DNA of 34,623 nt from an uncultured Ignavibacteriales bacterium (GCA_964611355.1 CAZSYD010000002.1:74409-109031); one strand, 5' to 3'; counted from the stretch's first letter, positions 8,460 to 19,024 are shown. Notes: generated by a model from the sequence alone, not told the origin. Translations and numbers: made by a program.

Positions 8460-10259
8460 ATGCCCGACGACAATGATACCAAACCGTCAGGTGAATACGA
8501 ATCGCCGAAAGGTCCCGACCCGCTGGGAATAATCGGCTGGTCTATCGGCGGAAAATACAAGATTACCTCCTATATCGGCGGAGGCGGTTTTGGCGAAGTC
8601 TATGCCGGGTATAACGAAAATCTCACCGCACAACGTCTCGTAATCAAGTTTTTCAAGCGCGTTCAGGAGCGCGAGAAATTCGATAAAGAAGCCAAAATAC
8701 TCTGCCTGCTGGATCACCCCAATATTTCCCGGGTTATCGATTACCTGCCCGACGAAGGCGCTGTGGTCGTCGCCCTTATTGACGGTAAAGACGGCAAGCG
8801 TATCCTTAAAGAATCGGGAGCGCTGGTGGAGAAGATGTTCCTTAATGTCGCCCGATCATTAACCGACGCCATGGCCTATGCGCACAGCAGGAAGATCGCC
8901 CACCGCGATATCAAGCCGGACAATATCATTGTTGACAAGAATGATCACGTCTATATAATCGATTTCGGCATAGCCAAGGAGATGGGCGGCGAGGCCACTC
9001 GAACCGGTTATCAGGCGCTGACGCCGATGATTGCGGCTCCCGAACGGCAGCAGGGAGGACGGGATTATAACCCCTTCATAAGCGACATCTACGAAATCGG
9101 CGTTACCCTTTTTAACTTTGCCACCAATTCCCTGCCTTATCGCAATCCGGTCAATCCGAACGTCTCGGAATGGGGTGGCGAGGTGGCCGAGAAGCTTTCG
9201 CCGGAACTGAGAGTGATTCTTAGGAAAGCGACGCATCCCGACCCAAAGAGAAGGTATCAGACGGCCGCTGAGATGGCCGGGGAATTCAAAAACCTGACTC
9301 GCGTTTATGGCGGTCGTAAAGCCCGCAAACGGCCTGCCCTGACAGTGGCGGCCGTAATCATTGTGATAGCGGCTGTCGGGATTTTTTTAGGTCGGCATCA
9401 ATTGAGCGGCTTATGGCGGGATTTGTTACCCACGAAACAGGTGTCGAGCAAGGTCAGGTCGGAAGCCGAAAAGCCAAAGGAACCTGAAAAACTATCCCTG
9501 AAAGATACCGTTTCCGTTGAAAAGGTGGAGCCGCCCGAGGAAAAGGCTGTCGTGGAAAAAGTAAAAGAAAAGCCAAAGCCAAAAGCGACGGTCGAAACGC
9601 AGAAACCGGCCGCCAAAGAAGAGATAACAACCGCCGAAAAGACACCGGCGGAAGAAAAGAAGGAAATTGTAAAGCAACCTGAGAAGGAAAAGCAGATACC
9701 CCCGCCGCCTCCACCAATGTCAAAAATGCTGATTCAGGTCATCCCCGACAAAGATATCTCGATGTGGGTTGACGCTACCCATAGGCAATCCGGTCAGTCG
9801 TTCAAGATCAAACCGGGGCGGCATGAACTGACCATTGTTCATCCAGATTACCCGGTCTATCGGAAGAAGGTCAGCGTAGGAGATGATCCGGCTGACGTGA
9901 GGGTTGATTTTGAGAAGGAATTCGCCGCCGCCGGTTCTGTAGGTATTCAGTTGGCTCTCTCTCCGCCATCGGATAATCATATGCTTGAGTTATTACTGAA
10001 TGGCCGCAAGAAGACCATAACCCGCTTTCCTGTCTTTGGTATGGAGAAATTGGCCGGTGAGTGGCAGGTTGAGTTAGACCTGATACCGATTGATCCTTCG
10101 TCAAAGAGCAGTGCTCAGGTAGATTCCTGCGTTACCTTTCCGTACGGCGGGGGTTCGCGTTTTGTGCTCAAGGGTGGCAAAGGGATAATAAGAATGCAGT
10201 CCGACCGGGGAGAAAAATTAACCTCGGTTCCCGTGGTGATATTCTGGTCGGATAAATAG
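8460..10259 (+). CDS. Membrane-anchored Hanks-type Ser/Thr protein kinase with periplasmic PEGA-like domain
   Basis: GGGGFGEVY, VIK, HRDIKPDN, DFG, AAPE and SDIYEIG motifs. TM segment LTVAAVIIVIAAVGIFLG, a K/E/P-rich linker, polyPro, then a beta domain. ATG 8460 is preceded by GGAG (the ORF track starts at GTG 8448). Confidence 0.9.
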   Translation: MPDDNDTKPSGEYESPKGPDPLGIIGWSIGGKYKITSYIGGGGFGEVYAGYNENLTAQRLVIKFFKRVQEREKFDKEAKILCLLDHPNISRVIDYLPDEGAVVVALIDGKDGKRILKESGALVEKMFLNVARSLTDAMAYAHSRKIAHRDIKPDNIIVDKNDHVYIIDFGIAKEMGGEATRTGYQALTPMIAAPERQQGGRDYNPFISDIYEIGVTLFNFATNSLPYRNPVNPNVSEWGGEVAEKLSPELRVILRKATHPDPKRRYQTAAEMAGEFKNLTRVYGGRKARKRPALTVAAVIIVIAAVGIFLGRHQLSGLWRDLLPTKQVSSKVRSEAEKPKEPEKLSLKDTVSVEKVEPPEEKAVVEKVKEKPKPKATVETQKPAAKEEITTAEKTPAEEKKEIVKQPEKEKQIPPPPPPMSKMLIQVIPDKDISMWVDATHRQSGQSFKIKPGRHELTIVHPDYPVYRKKVSVGDDPADVRVDFEKEFAAAGSVGIQLALSPPSDNHMLELLLNGRKKTITRFPVFGMEKLAGEWQVELDLIPIDPSSKSSAQVDSCVTFPYGGGSRFVLKGGKGIIRMQSDRGEKLTSVPVVIFWSDK

Positions 10260-10279
10260 ATTTATGTAAAGGAGGTCTC

Positions 10280-10981
10280 ATGCAAAGAAACAACCTCATT
10301 TTTCGGGCCGCGGCGGTTATGCTGCTGACCTGTTTTATGCAGTTTGCGGTGTTGCCGGCCACTTCGTTTGCCCAGACGCCCGAATGTACTTATGATCGCA
10401 GCAGCCCGACTCTGGAAAGCGCCAGGATAAGCTTCAAATCGCTCAACTATTACTGCGCGGAAAAGGAGATCGAAGATTTCCTCAAACTGGAAACAATCGG
10501 TATCGAACAGAGAGCGGACGCTCATGTGCTCCTGGCCGCGGTCTATTACGCCAAGGTCAAGAACCAGAGCGAAAAGCGTAGTCGCGTGGTCGAACAGTTC
10601 AAGCAGGCTTTCAGGGCTTTTCGCGAATGGCGCGGCGAACTGGATATCAGCTCCACTGAGTTTATCGGCATGATGAATGAAGCTCAGGCCCAGGTTGACC
10701 GGGAACTGAAGGAACTGGAGGAACAGGAAGAGGCAAAGACAGAAGCTATCGAACCTCAGGCACCTGCCGAGCAGGAGCCTGAACCTGCCTATGTTGCCGA
10801 GGAAGTACCGTCTGAAAAAGAAGGAAAAGCCTGGTACAAGCAATGGTGGGCGATAGGTCTTGGCGTGGGGCTGGTGGCCGGTGTCGTGGTTATTGCCGCA
10901 GGAGGCGGAGATGATGACGGCGGCGGTACGGTGAATGAACCGTTGCCGAACTTCCCCGACACTCCTTCAAAGAAAAAGTAG
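10280..10981 (+). CDS. Exported TPR-like helical protein with C-terminal membrane segment
   Basis: 233 aa, AAGGAGG RBS, signal peptide ending SFA-Q, a TPR-like helical pair and C-terminal KAWYKQWWAIGLGVGLVAGVVVIAAGGG. Confidence 0.65.
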   Translation: MQRNNLIFRAAAVMLLTCFMQFAVLPATSFAQTPECTYDRSSPTLESARISFKSLNYYCAEKEIEDFLKLETIGIEQRADAHVLLAAVYYAKVKNQSEKRSRVVEQFKQAFRAFREWRGELDISSTEFIGMMNEAQAQVDRELKELEEQEEAKTEAIEPQAPAEQEPEPAYVAEEVPSEKEGKAWYKQWWAIGLGVGLVAGVVVIAAGGGDDDGGGTVNEPLPNFPDTPSKKK

Positions 10982-11061
10982 GTGTCCGGGACAGGCCTTT
11001 GACAGGGGCTAAATACAGGATGAAAGGTAAAGTAAAAATAAATCCCGAAAGGAGCATTAGG

Positions 11062-12081
11062 ATGAAAAATAGTGTTAACGTAACGCTTTTGTTTGCGCTG
11101 GCAATATTACTGGTGATGGCTATGAGTGCCGCCGCGCAGGCGCCCAACTCAATAATTTACCAGGGACGGTTGACCGATGCCGACGGCAATGCCATCACTG
11201 ATTCGACCGACGTCAAGTTTGAAATATTCGCGGCCCTGACCGGCGGCAGCAATATCTACAACATCACCCAAAAAGTCGGGCCGGATGGTAACGGCGTTTT
11301 CACGGTTGAGCTGACCGGCGTCACCTCCACGGTTCTGAATGGATCAAAGCGTTATCTTCAGTTGACGGTGGGAACGGATGTTTTAAGCCCCCGTCAGCTT
11401 CTGACTTCCGCGCCGTATGCCTATTCCGCTGAGTATGCCGACAATATTCCAGATAATTCGGTAACAACTTCAAAAATCGCCGCCAGCGGGGTGACCAACA
11501 GCGATATTGCAAGCAACGCCGTTACAGGCGCAAAGGTTTCCAATGGTAGTCTTACTGACGCTGATATTCTCGACGAGCCGGGGTTGGCGTTCAATGCATC
11601 CGAACCGGGAAATACATATCGAAACATGCCGTCATTGACAGAACCGATAGACTCAATAACGATTACGGTGCCGGCTGCCGGGTACATTTATGTTTGGGCT
11701 CACGCCACCTTCAGGATTTCTCATACGAATGGGATTAAGGATGAAGTCCATCTTCAGGTTTCGCCGGTTCGCGGAATTATAGACTATGGTGATTTCGGCT
11801 TTGGCTTCGTCGTCTTGCCGAACGTGGTTGCGACAGGAGATTATATCTATCCGGTCAATGTTCACAGGGCCTTTTATGTTAGTTCATCCGGGGCCTATAA
11901 ATATTATGCGAATAGCAGGATGTTCTCTGGTGCCGACGCCGATGATGATTTTTTTAATCTTCAGATAACGGCTTTTTATTTTCCGACTGCATACGGAACG
12001 GTTGATCAGCCAACCAAAAGCAGTGGCGGGAATGACAATCTATTGCCCACCGGGGTAGCAAGCCCTGATGAGGACAAATAG
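11062..12081 (+). CDS. Exported fibre-like protein (YQGRL N-terminal domain, 10-residue VTxxKIA repeats)
   Basis: ATG 11062 after AAGGAG. Signal peptide AAA-Q; APNSIIYQGRLTDADG...RQLLTSAPYA domain; repeats SVTTSKIAAS/GVTNSDIASN/AVTGAKVSNG/SLTDADI; C-terminal beta head. Confidence 0.65.
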   Translation: MKNSVNVTLLFALAILLVMAMSAAAQAPNSIIYQGRLTDADGNAITDSTDVKFEIFAALTGGSNIYNITQKVGPDGNGVFTVELTGVTSTVLNGSKRYLQLTVGTDVLSPRQLLTSAPYAYSAEYADNIPDNSVTTSKIAASGVTNSDIASNAVTGAKVSNGSLTDADILDEPGLAFNASEPGNTYRNMPSLTEPIDSITITVPAAGYIYVWAHATFRISHTNGIKDEVHLQVSPVRGIIDYGDFGFGFVVLPNVVATGDYIYPVNVHRAFYVSSSGAYKYYANSRMFSGADADDDFFNLQITAFYFPTAYGTVDQPTKSSGGNDNLLPTGVASPDEDK

Positions 12082-12167
12082 GCGAATATCAGTAGCCTTA
12101 TGACGTTCGAAAAGAGGTCATTTATGAGTCGATATGAGCAAAGAAAATTTGAACCAGGAGTAATGGC

Positions 12168-14042
12168 ATGATATTAAATAGATTCATTCCACCTGTTTTG
12201 GCATTGGTCCTGATGTTCTGTTTCGGCATTGCTTCCGCACAGATGTCGGGTTCCGGCAATGCCATAACGGCCGGAGGTCCGGTCGGCGGCGGCGGATCGT
12301 CATCTTCGTCGAATTATGCCGTTGCGGGCGCAGTACCTCTGATGGGAACAGGAGTATCTGCCGGCAGTTCATATGCTATTGCCGGCGGTGCGGCCGCTTT
12401 GTATTCCGGCGTCGCCGCGTTCATGGCTACTTACGCTGGCAGTGCCGTCGATACGGTTACGGTCGTCAACCGTACATTGCAGGTTGCCTTCAGCGGCGGT
12501 GAGGGCACGGCCTCGGGAACGATTTATTATCGTCAGGGTGGAGCCACCATATATCAATCAGCCGCCATGACCGCCGGTACGGATGATACCCTGGAATACG
12601 GTCTCTCATCCGGCCTTTTGACGGTGCGCGGTTTGGAGTTTTACTTCGTAATCACTCGCGGCACGTCTTCGACCAATGAAGGAAGTGCTTCTTCGCCGTA
12701 TATTTTTGTCACCAGCCTTGACAATAACCAGGGTCAGAGGCCGTCGGCCATGCCGGATGCCCAGTACCGGATTGTCGGCTTGCCGGTAGATCCTTCGTCC
12801 GGTTCGGTGACGGCCGTTTTCCCCGATGATCTTGGCTCCCCTGATCCGGTGCAATGGCGGCTGGGCAGCTATAGTCCTTCGCTTGATTCTGTTATAGAAT
12901 ATCCCAACGCCGCCTCTGTTGCGCCCGGCCGGGGATACTGGCTGATTGCGCGCGGCAGTAAGAAGTACGGCTCCGCCGGAACGTCCATACGACCGAACCG
13001 ATCCTATGGCGGGAACGATTATTACGAGCTCGCTCTTGATTCTGGCTGGAACCAGCTTGCCAACCCGCTGCCGTTTGACGTTTCGTGGTCGGATATATTA
13101 TTTGACGATGACGGGAGCGTATTGACCGATCATCCTGTCCTGGTTCTGGATGACTCCGCTTACTATTATAATGGTTCGGCCTATCAGACCGTTCAGACCA
13201 TAAATGCCTGGGAAGGCGTTTTTGTGCTAATCAAGAAACAAAACGTCAAGGCTCTTGTGCCGTACCATGAAGGTAGCAAAGGACCGGTCAAACCGCTAAA
13301 ACGGCTGGCGGAAAACCCCTCGTTTGACAATTGGAGTGTCCACCTCCGGCTGGAAGCAAACGGCCTGACAGATGACGGCAACGTCATCGGCGTGCGCGAA
13401 GACGCCTTACGCGGCGCGGATAGATATGACTTCGCCGAACCGCCCCCCGCGCCGGGTGCGCCGCGTCTGGCGTTTCGACTGCCGGGAGAGGCGACCTATC
13501 CCCGCCGGACGGATTATCGACCGCCTTATGCGGACGGCGCCACCTGGGATATTGAGTTCTCAAAGGTTCCGGGGCGGTCTCTTACCGCTGTCGGCCTTGA
13601 TCAAGTGCCGGAGGGAATGGAAACCTGGCTTTTCCTTGACGCCGCCGCCGCTATCCGGCTCACCGAAGGCAATGAGGTAAGATTGCCTGATAATGTAACG
13701 ACGGCGCGGTTGATTATCAGCAATAAAGAATATTTGTCCGATGAAGCCCATCTGACGCTTCCCCTTGAATATGCTTTGAACCAGAACTATCCCAATCCGT
13801 TCAATGCCGGAACCAGCATACGCTTTGCCGTCAGAGAACCCGGATACGTCAGCCTCGCGGTTTACAACGTAATCGGCCAGAGGATCAGATCACTGGTCGG
13901 CGGCGAGATGGGAGCCGGTGAATATACCGTCACATGGAACGGCAGCGAAGATGACGGCAGCGAGGTTGCCAGCGGTATATATTTCTATCGAATGTCAGCC
14001 GGCGATTTTGTCCAATGCCGGAAGATGATTCTGCTTAAGTAG
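12168..14042 (+). CDS. Exported protein with FlgD-Ig / T9SS type-A-like C-terminal sorting domain
   Basis: 624 aa, signal peptide ASA-Q, Gly/Ser-rich N-terminal motif, and C-terminal YALNQNYPNPFN...VASGIYFYRM...RKMILLK. Confidence 0.8.
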   Translation: MILNRFIPPVLALVLMFCFGIASAQMSGSGNAITAGGPVGGGGSSSSSNYAVAGAVPLMGTGVSAGSSYAIAGGAAALYSGVAAFMATYAGSAVDTVTVVNRTLQVAFSGGEGTASGTIYYRQGGATIYQSAAMTAGTDDTLEYGLSSGLLTVRGLEFYFVITRGTSSTNEGSASSPYIFVTSLDNNQGQRPSAMPDAQYRIVGLPVDPSSGSVTAVFPDDLGSPDPVQWRLGSYSPSLDSVIEYPNAASVAPGRGYWLIARGSKKYGSAGTSIRPNRSYGGNDYYELALDSGWNQLANPLPFDVSWSDILFDDDGSVLTDHPVLVLDDSAYYYNGSAYQTVQTINAWEGVFVLIKKQNVKALVPYHEGSKGPVKPLKRLAENPSFDNWSVHLRLEANGLTDDGNVIGVREDALRGADRYDFAEPPPAPGAPRLAFRLPGEATYPRRTDYRPPYADGATWDIEFSKVPGRSLTAVGLDQVPEGMETWLFLDAAAAIRLTEGNEVRLPDNVTTARLIISNKEYLSDEAHLTLPLEYALNQNYPNPFNAGTSIRFAVREPGYVSLAVYNVIGQRIRSLVGGEMGAGEYTVTWNGSEDDGSEVASGIYFYRMSAGDFVQCRKMILLK

Positions 14043-14090
14043 GCTGTGTCGCATGAGGACAACGTTTGAATAGCGTTTGATGTGTGATAG

Positions 14091-14128
14091 AAAGAGGGAG
14101 AATGAGCATCCTGCTGTTCTTCCTCTTT
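14091..14128 (+). terminator. Intergenic stem-loop (possible terminator)
   Basis: aaagagggagaa ... ttcttcctcttt arms (one G-U pair) after the 12168..14042 stop. Confidence 0.35.
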
Positions 14129-14172
14129 TACCTTGTTGCTTTTGTACTGGAAATAACAGAAGGAGGATTAAG

Positions 14173-14940
14173 ATGAAGAGGATGATTTCGTACGGCGTCC
14201 TGCTTGCTTTTGGCGTTGTTGCCGTCTTTGGGTTGGTGTCGCCGATCCACGCGGATTCATTTATCAAGCAGGTGACCCATACCGGCGCGATGAAGATTAT
14301 GGGCAAGGATCAACCGGCAAAGGACGATACTTCTATGATCTGGCTGGCCAAGGACAAAGCCTGCATGATAATGCCCGACGATCATGCCGTCATTATCCGG
14401 TCCGACGAAGGCTTCGTTTATATGGTTGACCATGGCAAAAAATCGTATGCCAAGATACCGCTGTCGGTATTGGCCAATCCCGAACAGATGATGGGCGCCA
14501 AAGACGAAGAAGAAGCGCAGGCCATGGCGGCCATGATGAAGAGTATGTCCGCCAAAGTGACTATTACGCCAACTGAGGAAACGAAGAAAATCCGGGGTTG
14601 GAATGCCAAGAAATATATCGTCGAGATAAAGATGCAGATGGGTTCCGTCAAATCCGAATTGTGGGCGTCGGAAGAAGTCAATATCGATGTCGAACTTTTT
14701 CGCTCGGTGACCAACGCCGTGAAGTCTTTTATGCCCGGCTATTCGGACGTTATGAAAGAGATGAAGAAAATCAAGGGAATAGCGGTTTTAAGCGATGACG
14801 AATCTCAGATGATGGGCGTCGCCGTTAAGACAAGAACAGAGCTTTTGGAATGTAGCAAAAAAGATGCGCCGGCCGGTATATACGATGCTCCGAAGGGATA
14901 TGAGGAAGAGGACACGTCCGATATGACGGGAAAACGGTAA
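14173..14940 (+). CDS. DUF4412-like exported protein
   Basis: ATG 14173 after AGGAGG. Signal peptide IHA-D; TEETKKIRGWNAKKY...ELWAS...G.AV and GIYDAPKGY motifs typical of DUF4412/GLPGLI-like proteins. Confidence 0.7.
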   Translation: MKRMISYGVLLAFGVVAVFGLVSPIHADSFIKQVTHTGAMKIMGKDQPAKDDTSMIWLAKDKACMIMPDDHAVIIRSDEGFVYMVDHGKKSYAKIPLSVLANPEQMMGAKDEEEAQAMAAMMKSMSAKVTITPTEETKKIRGWNAKKYIVEIKMQMGSVKSELWASEEVNIDVELFRSVTNAVKSFMPGYSDVMKEMKKIKGIAVLSDDESQMMGVAVKTRTELLECSKKDAPAGIYDAPKGYEEEDTSDMTGKR

Positions 14941-14984
14941 GGTCCTCTCCATAAAACGCTTTGGTATTATAACTGGAGGTTGGT

Positions 14985-16772
14985 ATGAATAGGATTGCGG
15001 TCATCCGGGGGATATTGTGCGGGTTAATATGTTTGGTATTCCTGTGCAGCGTCGCCCTGGCTGACATGAACGAGACCGTTGCTTATCAGGGGAATAAAGC
15101 TCGTATAGTAGTCGGCAAGATCAAGGACAAGGCCCACGATTGTTCATGGGAAATGGCCCAGGCGGTCGGCGAAATGCTTTCCACCGCCCTGACCAACAGC
15201 GGCCGATTTATTGTCCTTGCCAGTCAGGAAGAAGTTGACGAACTGATCGAAGAAATCGATTTCGGGCAGTCCGGTTACGCCGAAGAGGGAAGAGGTCCGG
15301 ACAAGGGTTTGATGGAAGGGGCCGACATCCTGGTTACCGGCGCCGTTACCGGTTTTGAACCGAATGCGGGCGGCACCGGCGGCGGACTGGGCGGTCTCAA
15401 GAAGAAAGCGTTCGGCGCCTTTGGAGCAAAGAAGAAAAGCGCCAAGATACTGTTGGATATCAAACTGGTTGATATCCGCACCCGCCGGATCATCAAGGCC
15501 TTATCCCTTGAAGGGAAATCAACGAGTTGGAAAGTCGGCGGCATCGGCGGCGGATGGACCAAGGATATTGCGCTTGTTGGAGCATTGGGAACGTATTCCA
15601 ACGAACCGATGGAAAAGGCGGTCAGAAACCTGCTGGCCAAAACGACTGAAAAAATATCGAAAGAAGTTCCCGACGAGTACTTCAGGTACAAGGGCGGCGG
15701 ACAATATACAACGGAATACGCCACACCGGGGGCCGCTTCTTCAACCGGTCAACCGGCCGCGGCGTCGCCGGCTGTCTCCGGCGCATCTGCCGTTCCCGCG
15801 GCTCCGGTTGCCGAGGATATGACTCTTTACACGAAATATGATTTTGTCCCCGGTAACAGGGTTATTTTCTACGATGATATGAGAAATGAAGAAGAAGCGG
15901 AGTTTCCATATCGCTGGAATCTTGACCGAGGTGTCTTCGAGGTTGTCCGGTTCGGCAATGAGTTCTGGATTATGTGCACCAATATTGGTTCCGTGCGACC
16001 GAAAATGCCCGATGGTCCTTTGCCCCTGAAATACACCGTGGAACTGGAGTATTACGATAATGGCCCTGACAAAAGCGGCAATCATTTCCGCATTTACTGG
16101 GTGAATAGTGATGGCCGAAATATCGGGTACCTTAGGTTACGTGGTAACGGCAGGACCTCACTGGAAATTCTCGGGAAGATCCTGGCTGATAAAACTCTGC
16201 CCCAAATACCCGGAAGGGGCGTCCATACCCTGCGAATTATGGCCACCGATCGCTCGATAAAGTGCTTCGTTGACAGGGAACGGGTGGCCAACGTGCCCAG
16301 GGTCGAAAACTTCAATCCGGTCGGTTTTCGTATACAAGCCGATCCTTATAGCGATCCCGATAACCCGGCCCTATTCCGGGGTTTCCGCTTTGCCGAAGGC
16401 GGTAAATCTATGCGGCAGCAGCTTGATGAAGACGGCATAATCGTCACGCACGGCATCCTTTTCGATCCGGATTCTTACGTGATTAAAGGCGAATCGTATA
16501 AGACCCTGAAAGAGATCGGGCAACTGTTGCAGGATGATGCCCAACTTCGCCTTTCAATAGAAGGCCATACCGACAGCGACGGTTCCGATGACCATAACCT
16601 GACCCTTTCGCAGAGCCGGGCAAAGTCGGTGCGGGATTATCTTATCTCAACCTATGGTATCGCCGCCGATCGTCTTGAATCCAAAGGCTGGGGTGAATCT
16701 AAGCCGATCGATGCCAATGATACCGCAGAAGGAAAAGCCAACAATCGCCGGGTAGAACTGGTCAAGCTATAG
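14985..16772 (+). CDS. CsgG/HfaB-like domain fused to OmpA-family peptidoglycan-binding domain
   Basis: Signal peptide; EMLSTALTNSGRFIVL...GADILVTGAVTGFE...DIKLVDIRT (CsgG-like); YDFVPG middle domain; IEGHTDSDG...LSQSRAKSV...GWGESKP...NRRVE (OmpA_C). Confidence 0.85.
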   Translation: MNRIAVIRGILCGLICLVFLCSVALADMNETVAYQGNKARIVVGKIKDKAHDCSWEMAQAVGEMLSTALTNSGRFIVLASQEEVDELIEEIDFGQSGYAEEGRGPDKGLMEGADILVTGAVTGFEPNAGGTGGGLGGLKKKAFGAFGAKKKSAKILLDIKLVDIRTRRIIKALSLEGKSTSWKVGGIGGGWTKDIALVGALGTYSNEPMEKAVRNLLAKTTEKISKEVPDEYFRYKGGGQYTTEYATPGAASSTGQPAAASPAVSGASAVPAAPVAEDMTLYTKYDFVPGNRVIFYDDMRNEEEAEFPYRWNLDRGVFEVVRFGNEFWIMCTNIGSVRPKMPDGPLPLKYTVELEYYDNGPDKSGNHFRIYWVNSDGRNIGYLRLRGNGRTSLEILGKILADKTLPQIPGRGVHTLRIMATDRSIKCFVDRERVANVPRVENFNPVGFRIQADPYSDPDNPALFRGFRFAEGGKSMRQQLDEDGIIVTHGILFDPDSYVIKGESYKTLKEIGQLLQDDAQLRLSIEGHTDSDGSDDHNLTLSQSRAKSVRDYLISTYGIAADRLESKGWGESKPIDANDTAEGKANNRRVELVKL

Positions 16773-16828
16773 GCGAATACTTTTGGGTTGCGTTTGAGTA
16801 TTTGCATCGACTGATATAATAGACAATG

Positions 16829-16856
16829 AAGGGCGACCATTCGGATGGCCGCCCTT
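16829..16856. terminator. Hairpin between convergent OmpA gene and hypE
   Basis: aagggcgaccat-tcgg-atggccgccctt: 12-bp stem, with the mismatch being G-U on the minus strand. Confidence 0.6.
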
Positions 16857-16871
16857 AATACATAAGGCCGG

Positions 16872-17927
16872 TTAGCAGATACGGGGAAGCTGTTCGCCGC
16901 TTAGCATCGACAATATCCGTTTGGCGCCGATGCGGCTTTTCAGGGTTACCATGGCATCGCCCCTGCCTGATACGTGCCCGATAATAGCGGCCCCTTCGCC
17001 GACAACATGTTTTTGCATTATCTTCCGGGCTTTATTCGCGTCGCGTTCCGCCACGAACGATACCAGTCGTCCTTCGTTGGGGGAATGCAAAGGATCAATA
17101 CCAAGCAGTTCGCCCAGCGCCTGCACCTCGCGGTGGACTGGGATTTGACTTTCGTCGATTTCAACGGTAACATCTGCCGATGTCGCCAGTTCGTTCAATG
17201 CGCCGGCCAGTCCTCCGCGGGTAAGATCACGCATGCAGTGAATCTCTATTCCGGCGTCAATCAGATCGAGGACAAGCTCCGCCAGCGGCGCGCAGTCACT
17301 TTCGATGGCGCTTTCAAAACCAAGCTCTTCCCGGGCGGCCATGATAGCCATCCCGTGCCGTCCGATATCGCCGTTAAGGAGAAGAATATCGCCCGGCGTT
17401 ATTTTGCTGGCTCCAATTTCAAGGTTATGCTCCATGATTCCGATACCGGAGGTATTAATATATACGCCGTCGCCTTTGCCCTTATCGACAACCTTGGTGT
17501 CGCCGGTTACGATTTCTACCCCGGTCTGTCGCGCCGCATTACTCATTGATTGGACGATGCGCCACAGGGTTTCCATCGGCAGTCCTTCTTCGAGGATAAA
17601 TCCGGCGCTCAGGTAAACGGGCCTGGCTCCGGATACCGCCAGGTCATTTACCGTCCCGTACACCGCCAGCGAACCGATATCGCCTCCGGGATAGAACAGC
17701 GGCGAGACGACATGAGAATCGGTGGTAAAGGCAAGCCGTTTCCCGGTTGCCTGCAGATAGGCGGAATCTCCTCGTTCTTTTAATGCGGGATTGTCAAAGG
17801 CAGTGAGAAACATTTTGTCGATAAGCTCGTTCATCAGTTTCCCGCCCCCGCCGTGAGCCATAAGGACGGTTGGGTAATCTTCAAAAGGTAATGGACAGGA
17901 AAGACTAAAATTATCTGATGATGACAT
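16872..17927 (-). CDS. hypE: Hydrogenase maturation carbamoyl dehydratase HypE
   Basis: [51 protein letters not shown] and C-terminal EQLPRIC. Start set at ATG 17927. Confidence 0.97.
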   Translation of the reverse strand: MSSSDNFSLSCPLPFEDYPTVLMAHGGGGKLMNELIDKMFLTAFDNPALKERGDSAYLQATGKRLAFTTDSHVVSPLFYPGGDIGSLAVYGTVNDLAVSGARPVYLSAGFILEEGLPMETLWRIVQSMSNAARQTGVEIVTGDTKVVDKGKGDGVYINTSGIGIMEHNLEIGASKITPGDILLLNGDIGRHGMAIMAAREELGFESAIESDCAPLAELVLDLIDAGIEIHCMRDLTRGGLAGALNELATSADVTVEIDESQIPVHREVQALGELLGIDPLHSPNEGRLVSFVAERDANKARKIMQKHVVGEGAAIIGHVSGRGDAMVTLKSRIGAKRILSMLSGEQLPRIC

Positions 17928-17938
17928 ACTACACCTGT

Positions 17939-19024
17939 TTAAGGTTTCCGGTAAAGATAGTAGGCTGCGCAGGCTCCTTCGGAGGAGACCATAGTTGCTC
18001 CAAGGGGATGCTCCGGCGTGCATCGTTTTCCGAAGGCCGGACATTCATACGGCTTTTTGGCGCCCTGAAGTATCTGCCCGCTGATGCATCCCGTTGATTC
18101 ATGAGTTACCTGATTGGCTGGTTCGAATCGATTCTCAGCGTCAAATTCAGCGAACTCACCGCGCAGCTTCAATCCGCTCTGCGGGATAAGGCCGATCCCG
18201 CGCCACCGGCGGTCGGTTTCTTCGAAGACCCGGTTAACGGTTTGCAAAGCCGGCTGGTTCCCGTCTCGTTTCACGGCGCGGGCATACTGGTTTTCCACCA
18301 GCGAGGCGCCTTTTTCCAGTTGCCTGACGCAAAGATAGATACCCTGCGTCAGATCGAGCGGTTCGAAACCGGTAACGACAATTGGAATCTCGTATTTGTC
18401 GACCAGCTTTTCGTACACTGCGTATCCTGTAACCGTGCAAACATGACCCGCCGCAAGAAAGCCCTGCACCCGATTATCCGGCGATGAAAGTATCGCCTCC
18501 ATGGCCGGAATGACGAGCACATGGGCGACAAGCATAGAAAGGTTGGTTAACTTCCGCCGATGGGCCTGAAGAATTGTCGCGGCGGTTGAGGGCGCGGTCG
18601 TTTCGAAACCGACGGCGAAAAAGACGACCTGTTTATCGGGCGATTCGATTGCGATTTTCAGCGTGTCCATGGGCGAATATACCGTGCGAATGTCGCCGCC
18701 CTCCGCTTTGACGGTCAGCAGGTCTTTCCGGGAGCCCGGTACGCGCAGCATGTCGCCGAAAGAGCAAAAGATAACATCATCGCGTCCGGCGATTTCGATT
18801 GCCTTGTCGAGTATTTCCACCGGTGTCACACAGACAGGACAGCCTGGGCCGTGAATCAGGGTGATTTCCGGAGGCAGCAGTTGATCTATGCCGAAACGCA
18901 TGATGGCATGCGTCTGCCCGCCGCATATTTCCATTATGTTCCAGGGGCGGGTCGTGATTTCGGCGATTTTATCCGCGTAAGTCCTGACGGCCGAAGCGTC
19001 CCGGTATTCGTCAATGAACTTCAT
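17939..19024 (-). CDS. hypD: Hydrogenase formation protein HypD
   Basis: [26 protein letters not shown] and C-terminal [29 protein letters not shown]. Confidence 0.97.
   Translation of the reverse strand: MKFIDEYRDASAVRTYADKIAEITTRPWNIMEICGGQTHAIMRFGIDQLLPPEITLIHGPGCPVCVTPVEILDKAIEIAGRDDVIFCSFGDMLRVPGSRKDLLTVKAEGGDIRTVYSPMDTLKIAIESPDKQVVFFAVGFETTAPSTAATILQAHRRKLTNLSMLVAHVLVIPAMEAILSSPDNRVQGFLAAGHVCTVTGYAVYEKLVDKYEIPIVVTGFEPLDLTQGIYLCVRQLEKGASLVENQYARAVKRDGNQPALQTVNRVFEETDRRWRGIGLIPQSGLKLRGEFAEFDAENRFEPANQVTHESTGCISGQILQGAKKPYECPAFGKRCTPEHPLGATMVSSEGACAAYYLYRKP

Noticed and set aside
17928..18044. N-terminal extensions in the ORF track for hypE (also hypC, hypF, VanZ, DUF4412)
   Set aside because: They overlap neighbouring genes or lack family similarity; downstream ATGs fit the family start and usually an RBS.
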